From assembly GCA_047651235.1 (NCBI GenBank), contig CP178758.1, positions 3,660,001-3,692,000 of the forward strand: 32,000 nt of DNA, read 5' to 3'. The position numbers and the translations under genes were made by a program. The DNA comes from Candidatus Electrothrix yaqonensis. Its GTDB lineage: Bacteria; Desulfobacterota; Desulfobulbia; Desulfobulbales; Desulfobulbaceae. The notes below the pieces were generated by a model. The model was not told where the DNA came from and ran no database searches. It was given only the letters and a program-made list of their open reading frames with translations. This document shows, piece by piece, positions 25,007-32,000 of this stretch; position 1 is the stretch's first letter; every line of letters begins with the position of its first letter.

Positions 25007-25380
25007 GTCTACAGAAACGGGGGCAGGTCTTGCATTATAAGTTTCTTTAATAGAGTTGTTCCTGAATAACTTCAGAGTCCCCAAAAACAGCCTCTTAAGA
25101 AATGAAAATGGGTCTGCAAGCTTATATGGGAACAACTCTAATGAGTAAGGCCGGGGAACCCGGTGCTAACCAGCCGCTGCACCCGACCTTCGGAGAGGAG
25201 CAGAATTCAGGAGTTAGAATCAGGCTCCCGTTTAGCGACCCTCTTTATATCCACATCAGGCAAAGGAACGAGAACTACCCGTTCTACCTCATCACCAACA
25301 AACTCAACGCTATCCCCCGCAAGCACCCCGAACAGGAACGGATACTGGACGTTGACACTCTGACGTTCCCGAAAAACCGA

Positions 25381-25420
25381 AAAGAAAAAAGGGCAACTCT
25401 TACCAAGTGAAAGCTGCCCT
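25381..25420 (-). terminator. Rho-independent terminator retained downstream of the glnA remnant
   Basis: Minus strand: AGGGCAGC-(15 nt)-GUUGCCCU (one G-U pair), followed by UUUUUUCUUUU. It lies ~50 nt after the glnA-fragment stop. Confidence 0.6.
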
Positions 25421-25469
25421 CCATCAGTCTTTTGATAAATCCGCTAGTCCATCGCGGAGCAGGACTGCA

Positions 25470-25847
25470 TCAGTAGTTATTCAGGTAATTATCCACTTCC
25501 CAGTCAGTGACTGCAGTACGGTAGTCATCCCATTCTTTCTCTTTGTTCTCGATGTAGTGATCGAAGATATGATCACCGAGAGTCTCTCTGGCTATCGGGT
25601 TGGCCTTGAGGGCATCGATGGCCTCCTTCAGATTGGCAGGCATGCTCTCGATACCGGCGGCTTCCTTCTCGGCCGGGGTCATTTTGAAGATATCCTGATT
25701 GACCGAATCCGGTGCTTCCAGGCTGTTTTTAACGCCGTCCAGACCTGAATTCAGCATCATGGCAAAAGCTAGGTACGGGTTGCAGGTCGGAGCAAGGATA
25801 CGGGATGGCAAGCAGGGACGGGGCAAGGTGATCACCGAATGCTCCAT
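25470..25847 (-). pseudogene. glnA: Glutamine synthetase (type I) C-terminal fragment, ~110 aa only
   Basis: CNPYLAFAMMLNSGLDG...LP.NL.EAIDAL..N......LG.HIF.HYIE.KE.EWD.YRT.V..WE...Y matches the extreme C-terminus of GSI (Bacillus-type ending). The catalytic N-terminal ~330 aa are absent. Real similarity starts at about nt 25800. Confidence 0.75.
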
Positions 25848-26119
25848 CCAGACTTCGCAGGGTGTTAAGGTTGCTGATGTTGCTTGGGTTTCAGACGAAT
25901 TCTTTGCCCGATACGGCTATGACACGCCATATAAACGCGCCCCGGAAATATGCGTCGAGATAAGTCTCTCCCTCAAATTCAAAGGGAGAGATGGAGGAAA
26001 AGATTGAATTATATCTGGCAAAAGGGGCAAAGGAGGTCTGGCTTGTGCATGAAAAGGGTGACACGGAATGCTACACCTGTGAAGGCCGGACAGATGAAAG
26101 TGCTGAACTGCCTGGCTGA
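25819..26119 (+). pseudogene. Uma2-family (DUF820) endonuclease C-terminal fragment with an internal frameshift
   Basis: ECSIQTSQGVKVADVAWVSDEFF....APEICVEI is in one frame. It continues in the +1 frame as VSPSNSKGEMEEKIELYLAKGAKEVWLVHEKG..., the typical Uma2 block E(V/I)(L/V)SPSN....(K)...Y...G..E.W.V. The N-terminal half is missing. Confidence 0.65.
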
Positions 26120-26141
26120 ATACTTCTTTCTTTTAAACCGC

Positions 26142-26846
26142 TCAATATTTTCGCAGAGGATCCGGCTCATTGTTCGGGTTGTTCAGAACCGGAACAATGA
26201 GCTGCAGCAGCACCTGGACCAGCTTATCCGCGCTTTCAGCAATCTGATCCACTCTGGATTCCAGCATATAGCAGGGAGTGGTGACTATTTTATTTTCCCG
26301 ATCAACCGCGATTTCTCCCTGCATGGTCGGCTGATGCGCAGCGCCTAACTGTCTGATGTGCTCTTCCGTCTTTTTATCCTGGCCGATAGTCAGGGTAACC
26401 TTGCCGAGGATTCTGGCGAGGAGGACCGGAGCGATACAGAGCGCGCCGATGGGTTTGCCTGCCTGATGCACGGCTCTGACCGCCTGCTCCACGTCAGGAT
26501 TGACCGAGCAGTCCGGGCCGTCAAAGGCATAGGTGCAGAGGTTCTTTGCCGCACCGACCCCGCCGGGGATGACCAATGCATCCACGGTGTCCGCGTTGAA
26601 TTCGGCCAGATCCTCTACTTTGCCACGGGCGATGCGGGCCGCTTCAATCAGTACATTCCGCTGCTCATCTATTTCCTGCCCGGTAATATGGTTCAGCACA
26701 TGGTGCTGCATAATATTCGGGGCAAAGCACTGATAATCAGCCCCGTGTTTATGAATGGCCCACAGGGTCAGAGTTGCCTCGTGAATTTCCGCACCGTCCT
26801 GATGGCCGCAGCCGGACAGGATAACAGCTATTTTTTTATTCTTCAT
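26142..26846 (-). CDS. elbB: Isoprenoid biosynthesis glyoxalase ElbB (DJ-1/PfpI superfamily)
   Basis: 234 aa, collinear with E. coli ElbB as I recall it: VILSGCG..DG.EIHEA.LTL, CFAP, NH.TG, RNVLIEAARI.RG, D.L.IPGG.GAAKNL, AGKP.G..CIAP, NKIVTTP.YML. Confidence 0.85.
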   Translation of the reverse strand: MKNKKIAVILSGCGHQDGAEIHEATLTLWAIHKHGADYQCFAPNIMQHHVLNHITGQEIDEQRNVLIEAARIARGKVEDLAEFNADTVDALVIPGGVGAAKNLCTYAFDGPDCSVNPDVEQAVRAVHQAGKPIGALCIAPVLLARILGKVTLTIGQDKKTEEHIRQLGAAHQPTMQGEIAVDRENKIVTTPCYMLESRVDQIAESADKLVQVLLQLIVPVLNNPNNEPDPLRKY

Positions 26847-27340
26847 GGTTTAGTTCTCCTTCTGGTTTTCCTGTTGCTCCTGTTCTGCTCAATGGATTTC
26901 AGTTAAGTTCAGTCGTAACCTTTCAGCCTGGATCGGAAAAAATGAATTCTGCTCTTCCTCACTCGGCTCCTGACAGAAGATGGAGATGTCAGGCCGTTGG
27001 GAAACTGGATATAGACATCTACAGCGTGGACGCAGGCGCACTCCGTGCTGTCGCCTTTTTCTATCCCCTGGACGATGCGTTCCACATGCTTCTGATGGCG
27101 GTATACCGGCTGGGCTTCTCAGATCGGCAGACTATTGACGATTTCAAGACGGATTCCCAGCTCGTTCGCCCGAAGGAGGGTTGGTGACAGGCTCATAATA
27201 AAACCGGTGTGAGAAAAAGGATGCGGTACATTTATAGCCTATTAACTTCAGGACTGTACAAAACCGGAGAAAATTATGCAACAGCGGAATCTCTTGCAAA
27301 AAGATTAGCGCTACTCTTGAAAAAGATGCTTCTTACATCG

Positions 27341-27673
27341 TCACGAGGCCTCACCATACATTTCAGAGATCAGCTTCCGCAACTGGGAAGCATCTGCTTT
27401 GGACAAAACATCAATTTTCTGCCCAAGACGAGTCTTACTGATCGTCCGTACCTGATCCACGGCGATTTCAGCTGCTCTGCCTGCACAGGAAATTTGCATC
27501 CGACTTCTCCATGTCGGATGCAACGATGAGGTCAGGGGGCAGATAACAACCGTTTCCAAATTTTTGTTCATGGGATTCTGACTGACAACAACCACTGGAC
27601 GAACCTTACATATTTCACTGCCCTGTGTCGGATTCAGGTCTGCAAAATACACTTCATAGCGTTGCACCTTCAA
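27341..27673 (-). CDS. mazF: Type II toxin, MazF/PemK-family endoribonuclease
   Basis: 110 aa. Y.V.FADLNPT.GSEI.K.RPVVVVS.N..N......V.ICPLTS is the PemK/MazF signature. It has a 4-nt overlap with the upstream antitoxin gene. Confidence 0.9.
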   Translation of the reverse strand: MKVQRYEVYFADLNPTQGSEICKVRPVVVVSQNPMNKNLETVVICPLTSSLHPTWRSRMQISCAGRAAEIAVDQVRTISKTRLGQKIDVLSKADASQLRKLISEMYGEAS

Positions 27674-27933
27674 CTTTCTTTCTCCAGCCCATCCGCAACC
27701 GTCACATTAAAATCGCTCCAGTCCTCTTGCTCCTCAGACATGGCTTTGTAGGTCTCTTCCCAGGAGAGCTTTTTATCTCCCTGTTTTCGGAGAAAAAGTC
27801 CCGAATCTGTTTCTTCAAGAATCAACGAATCGACAAAGCCATACTTCCGCAAAACAACTTTCGGCAGGCGAATCCCCTGAGAATTGCCGATGGGAACGAT
27901 CTTAACCTTCTTTCTCCTGAAATTTTTTTCCAT
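27670..27933 (-). CDS. mazE: Type II antitoxin, AbrB/MazE/SpoVT family
   Basis: 87 aa. IVPIGNSQGIRLPK is the swapped-hairpin AbrB-type DNA-binding motif. An acidic C-terminal tail is present. Confidence 0.85.
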   Translation of the reverse strand: MEKNFRRKKVKIVPIGNSQGIRLPKVVLRKYGFVDSLILEETDSGLFLRKQGDKKLSWEETYKAMSEEQEDWSDFNVTVADGLEKES

Positions 27934-27981
27934 AATCCTGCTCCGGTTATGAGTTTGTGTAAATCACATATTTTTATTGGG

Positions 27982-27998
27982 GTAATTACCGTAATTAC
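27982..27998. promoter_or_regulatory. Two tandem 8-bp palindromes GTAATTAC-C-GTAATTAC; probable MazE/MazEF operator
   Basis: Read directly at 27982-27989 and 27991-27998, ~50 bp upstream of the mazE ATG, in an AT-rich promoter-like region. Confidence 0.45.
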
Positions 27999-28172
27999 AT
28001 AATACCATTCCTGCACCAGAAATACAAGAAAAGAAAGTGAATAGCTCATGTTACCGCAGCCGAAACGCAAAATCGGCAGATTCTACGCTTTGGGTGTCTC
28101 GTACTTACTGGTCTTTTATTTGCGTGCGTAACATCCGTTATTCAATGTTTTTCCAACCTTCTTGTTGATTTG

Positions 28173-29858
28173 CTATAATTTTATAACACTCGGCAGCACT
28201 ACTGCCCGATTGAATTTCATCACCCCCTGCGTCTGCTCCGGCAGCAGGGCGACAGGCCCGTTCTCAGTGCAGTTCTTTCCGGTCATTCCGATCAGGTCGA
28301 GGAACTGCATGGCCTCCTGAGAAAGTTCGACAAAGGTAGACTGCTTGAGGAACTCGACACGGGTCTGATAGGTGAACAGGCCCTTCAGGTTCTGGGGAAG
28401 CTGATTGCGCAGGCGGTTCCGCAGCTCGGCCTGCGATACTTCGGTGAGATAATCCGGCAGGGTGCGGTGGCCGCAGCGCAGCCAGTCATAGCGCAGCAGG
28501 TCCAGGAGCAGGGCACTGTCCCTGCGGTTCCTGACCAGTTCCGTCAGAATCCGGTTCATGAGCTGATGGGTGCGGGCAACCCGGAAAAAGTCATACTCCC
28601 GGCAAAGGGTAAGTAGTTCGACAAAGAACGCGTAAGGTTCCTCGTTGCGGCGAATGAGATACTGCCAGAGGGAGCGGAAGAACCGGTTGTTGTGGAACGA
28701 CTCGGTGCATTCACACAGCTCGTACAGCTCACGCAGTTGCCCGTGCGCCAGCCAGCGGGTGGCCAGCACCGCATAAGGCGGTTCCTGGCAGAAGATCAGG
28801 CCGAACTCCTCTGTCTGCCGGGCGATCTCTGTACCGGGCAGCACCTTGAGCAGTCCTAACTGGAGGTAATGGGGCGCAAGCCTGAACACCCGGTTGAACG
28901 AATCCCGGAAGCTTGCTTCGGTTTCAAAGGGCAGGCCGAGGATGAGGTCCACATGCAGATGAATATTGTCCGGGGCGAGCAGGCGGCGGATATTGCGGCA
29001 GGAGGCGTCGAGATTCATCCTGCGGTTGACTGCTGCTAGGGTCGGTTCGTGACAACTCTGTATCCCGATCTCGAACTGGAACTGGTTGCGGGGAACTGTG
29101 GCGAGCAGCTCGAACATGGGTTCGGTAAAGCGGTCCGGGGCAATCTCGAAATGAAAACGTACATTCCCCGCTTGCTCGATGAGAAATTGCCAGATCTCCA
29201 GAGCACGCTCAGGATGCGCATTAAAGGTACGGTCCACCAGCTTGATGATCATGGGCCGGGCCGCGATCAGCTCGGTCAGTTCCTCTTTGACCAGGGCAAG
29301 GGGCTTGCGCCGCACCCCTTTGGACCCGGAAGAGAGACAGTAGGAGCAGGAGAACGGACAGCCGCGGGAGGATTCATAATAGAGCTGCCGATTTTTCAGG
29401 GCCCCGCTGAAGTCCTCCTGCCGGTAGGGAGAAGGAAACGAGGCGCTCGGTTCGGCCCTGTACAGCGGCTGCAGACGGCCTTTTCCGAGGTCGCGGTAAA
29501 ACGCATCAGGCGCACCTTCGATTTCCCCGATAAAGAGGGTGCATTGATCCGGCAGTTTCCCCAGGGCCGGAGCCTGCGGTCCGCCGATAACGATGGGCAG
29601 ATTGGGCTGCAGGCGGGCGAGATCGGTGATCAGACGTCGGATATACCGGTGGTTCCAGATATACACGGAAAAAAAGACCGCCCCGGCCGGTTGACCGCTG
29701 ATGCGCAGCAGGGTGGCATAATACGGATCATTGATGGTGCACTGGCTGAGAACGATGTCTGCTTCAGGCAGATGCTGTTCCAAGGCATTGCGGACCGAGA
29801 ACAGGGCCGGGCAGGAATGGGAAAAACGGCAGTTCAGCGCAACAAGATGCAGCATCAT
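28173..29858 (-). CDS. B12-binding-domain radical SAM protein with a DUF4080-type C-terminal domain
   Basis: 561 aa. An N-terminal Rossmann-like B12-binding region (LHLVALNCRFSHSCPAL...SVYIWN) is followed by the radical SAM motif SSRGCPFSCSYC and a long helical C-terminal domain. Confidence 0.8.
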   Translation of the reverse strand: MMLHLVALNCRFSHSCPALFSVRNALEQHLPEADIVLSQCTINDPYYATLLRISGQPAGAVFFSVYIWNHRYIRRLITDLARLQPNLPIVIGGPQAPALGKLPDQCTLFIGEIEGAPDAFYRDLGKGRLQPLYRAEPSASFPSPYRQEDFSGALKNRQLYYESSRGCPFSCSYCLSSGSKGVRRKPLALVKEELTELIAARPMIIKLVDRTFNAHPERALEIWQFLIEQAGNVRFHFEIAPDRFTEPMFELLATVPRNQFQFEIGIQSCHEPTLAAVNRRMNLDASCRNIRRLLAPDNIHLHVDLILGLPFETEASFRDSFNRVFRLAPHYLQLGLLKVLPGTEIARQTEEFGLIFCQEPPYAVLATRWLAHGQLRELYELCECTESFHNNRFFRSLWQYLIRRNEEPYAFFVELLTLCREYDFFRVARTHQLMNRILTELVRNRRDSALLLDLLRYDWLRCGHRTLPDYLTEVSQAELRNRLRNQLPQNLKGLFTYQTRVEFLKQSTFVELSQEAMQFLDLIGMTGKNCTENGPVALLPEQTQGVMKFNRAVVLPSVIKL

Positions 29859-29874
29859 CAGACGGTGTTGTATT

Positions 29875-31842
29875 TCAGTGTCCGGGCTGTTTGCCCAGTT
29901 TTTTGATCAGCGGAACCGTGTCGTTCTGCGTTTCTTCCGTCCGCAGCACGGTCGCATCAACAATGACCTCATCGGGCCGGGTAACACTGCTCACACCCAT
30001 AGCCCGGTACATTTTCAGACTTTCCAGCAGAGGAACGATGATCTGATCAACAAGGATTTTGCTCTTTGCCCCGGTCTTGGGATCACGCACAGCGATCATG
30101 GTGCCTGCCCAGGAGGCAAGTTCCTGCAGCGCTGTGACAAGCTCTGCTATGCGGGCAAACAGATGCAGATTTGCCGGTTCAGTTGTGCCGGGGAGAACCG
30201 CCTGAAAATCCGTATCCTGCAGCAGGCTTTTTTTCCGCTGCAGAAGAATATCTTCAAGCTGCTCCCTGCTGTCTGCCACCAGAAGATTCCCGTTAACAAA
30301 GGCGTAGGAAGGCTGCAGCATACCATTGGCTGCCAGCAGCGAGACAACCGGTATGCTGGCGATCTGATCGCGTTTGACCGGCAGTCCGGCAGTGATTTTC
30401 CGGAGAAAAAATTCTAGCTTTTCCTGATTGCGCACCGCAATGCTGAAGCAGATGCGGGGGACAGGAAAAAAACCGGCCGTGCTGATTGCGGTCACATTGA
30501 AACCGAATTCCCGGCCGAACAGTCCCCAGAAGGTCTCCATATCCATTCCGATCTGCTGATTAATCCAGTCTGTCATTCTGGCTGCTGCCGCCAGTTCGCC
30601 CTCTTCCCCCCGGGCAACAGTGGTCTGCCACCAGAGCTGCGGCTCCAGCCAGTTGCACCAGAACGAGATAATCTGGTCCGCCGATGTTGCCTGCAGACTG
30701 TGGTTGCGGATCGGGGATCTGGTATAGATTCTGCGCTGAAAAGGACGCAGCTGATTTTCTGAAAAACGGGTTACCGCCCTGAAATGCAGGGAAGGGCCTT
30801 CCGCATGGTAAAAAAAGCCCATGCTGCGCACACCTGCAGCCCAGGGACGGTTTTCAGGGGGCTGATTATTATTCTCTGCGCCGGACAGCGCATTCATGAA
30901 GCCGTGGTGGAGCTTGAAACGAAAGAGATCTGCATAGAGAAAAAGTTCGTTTTTTTCTGACCGGTGTTCCCGGAGCCGAGTATAGTCTTCCTGCCGGAAA
31001 CCGGACTGTCCGGTGAAAATATGATGGAGAAACAGGTCAATGCTCTGTCGGACCGGCTGCCGGGCAAAGGAAAGCGCAACATATTGTCCGACCGGAACGA
31101 GGTACAGCTGTTTTTTATCTTTCAGGCGCAGGGAAGTAATAGTGAACCCGTAATACTTGCGGGTAGCTCTTTTTCCGCCGAGCATGTTGAGCAGGGCAGA
31201 TTGGACCGCCTGCGGGTCGTCCGGGCCGCACTGCAGCAAAATAAGCAGATTGTCGGGCAAGGTATTTTCTTTTTCCCTGCGGGGCAGAGAAAACGGGGCG
31301 GCAAGCCGGGCAACAACAACTTGCCTGCTGAAGATCTCCGGGAAATCCGGATGGGTAAGCAGCTCCATCAGCCCGGAAGTTGTACGCTCCAGCGGGCGGC
31401 GCAGGCTCGGTTTTATGCGTAGCCGTTGCATGACGGAGCGCCATTGAATCTCATTCAGAGCCCGGCCAAGCGGCGAGGCAAGGAATGCCCGGCCTGTTGC
31501 TGCGGCATCACGTATGTCCAGAATTAGTGCAGCATTCCGGGAAACCAGCGCCAGAGGTTCCATCGGAGGGGCATGGGCCGGGATCTGTTCGCTGATGTAT
31601 TTTCCGGGAAGCGACAACAGGATCGACCGGTCAATGCTGCAGAGCTGGCGAACCGGTCCGGAGGTAAGGAATTTTCCGGTCAGGGAAATAAGGCCGGGGC
31701 TGCTGACCTTTTTGACTTTTTGTACGGCTTCCTGCGTATTTTTTTTCAGGGGAGTTTTGCTGTTTCGGGAAAAGAATACCGGGCTGGACAAAACAGCAGA
31801 AACGGCAAGGAAAAGAAGGAGAATAGGGCGCGGACGTTTCAT
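29875..31842 (-). CDS. Exported hypothetical protein, 655 aa
   Basis: A long ORF with signal peptide MKRPRPILLLFLAVSAVLSSPVFF, ending 16 nt upstream of the radical SAM gene (operon-like). I recognise no family. Confidence 0.55.
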   Translation of the reverse strand: MKRPRPILLLFLAVSAVLSSPVFFSRNSKTPLKKNTQEAVQKVKKVSSPGLISLTGKFLTSGPVRQLCSIDRSILLSLPGKYISEQIPAHAPPMEPLALVSRNAALILDIRDAAATGRAFLASPLGRALNEIQWRSVMQRLRIKPSLRRPLERTTSGLMELLTHPDFPEIFSRQVVVARLAAPFSLPRREKENTLPDNLLILLQCGPDDPQAVQSALLNMLGGKRATRKYYGFTITSLRLKDKKQLYLVPVGQYVALSFARQPVRQSIDLFLHHIFTGQSGFRQEDYTRLREHRSEKNELFLYADLFRFKLHHGFMNALSGAENNNQPPENRPWAAGVRSMGFFYHAEGPSLHFRAVTRFSENQLRPFQRRIYTRSPIRNHSLQATSADQIISFWCNWLEPQLWWQTTVARGEEGELAAAARMTDWINQQIGMDMETFWGLFGREFGFNVTAISTAGFFPVPRICFSIAVRNQEKLEFFLRKITAGLPVKRDQIASIPVVSLLAANGMLQPSYAFVNGNLLVADSREQLEDILLQRKKSLLQDTDFQAVLPGTTEPANLHLFARIAELVTALQELASWAGTMIAVRDPKTGAKSKILVDQIIVPLLESLKMYRAMGVSSVTRPDEVIVDATVLRTEETQNDTVPLIKKLGKQPGH

Positions 31843-32000
31843 GCACGCTTCATATCTGTTGATTGCACAGCTCCGGGAGGCGTTTTTGAGCGGAGCTGTC
31901 CGTTAACCGGCAGAACACACAAAGGGCAGCTCTGCCGGAAACGTTTATCCGGGCCTGCCGGACCTTCAGACAGTAAATTCAGTTATCCAGAAATCGTGTT

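Noticed and set aside
25102-25410. 102-aa and 66-aa plus-strand ORFs, and a short minus-strand ORF (...GDSVEFVGDEVERVVLVPLPDVD...) faintly reminiscent of an AbrB-like antitoxin
   Set aside because: No family-level motif can be confirmed by eye. The region lies beyond the glnA-remnant terminator in a zone of gene debris. The evidence is insufficient for a call.
26942-27187. 81-aa plus-strand ORF between elbB and mazF
   Set aside because: The GC content is plausible, but there is no recognisable motif, only a weak SD and no supporting context. It may be another gene fragment.
29049-30417. 285-aa and 228-aa plus-strand ORFs
   Set aside because: They are antisense to the radical SAM gene and the exported-protein gene, and carry no motifs.

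Overview
This is a 32-kb bacterial chromosomal window. GC is mostly above 50% by hand count of sample lines, with several clearly AT-rich islets. The gene content suggests an anaerobe, possibly Desulfobacterota-like, but I cannot verify that from sequence alone.

Left third (1-10.3 kb): a housekeeping block. It holds the 3' part of an MqnC/MqnE-type radical SAM gene, an IS5-family transposase relic, birA, yhdH/acuI-like, kdsD/kpsF, a zinc-ribbon/helical-repeat protein and a Cys-rich 4Fe-4S protein. It ends with an orphan RND (AcrB-type) permease that has its own promoter-like sequence.

10.3-13.7 kb: a decayed zone. It contains a ~109-bp inverted-repeat element, a frameshifted and truncated IS701-family transposase, and a secreted Ig-repeat / Rhs-teneurin-like gene. 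That gene carries an N-terminal frameshift and an in-frame TGA, and is cut off by the IS.

13.9-23 kb: the most interesting part.
- An HprK-like pseudokinase::GT2 glycosyltransferase fusion.
- A divergent arsR-permease pair with a 26-bp perfect palindromic operator and a 9-bp tandem-repeat array.
- A Tat-signal secreted protein of unknown family.
- A minus-strand operon downstream of trpD. It encodes an AT-rich ParA-like ATPase, an HprK-related kinase, a PqqD/RRE protein and a ParB/Srx-fold::nucleotidyltransferase fusion. No lasso or other RiPP core enzymes are present, and no convincing precursor peptide is visible.

Right third (24-32 kb): an AT-rich islet with a secreted Cys-rich protein, a glnA 3' remnant (terminator retained) abutting a frameshifted Uma2 endonuclease remnant, elbB, a mazEF module with a tandem-palindrome operator, a DUF4080-type B12/radical SAM gene and a 655-aa exported protein.

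I found no rRNA, tRNA or CRISPR array.
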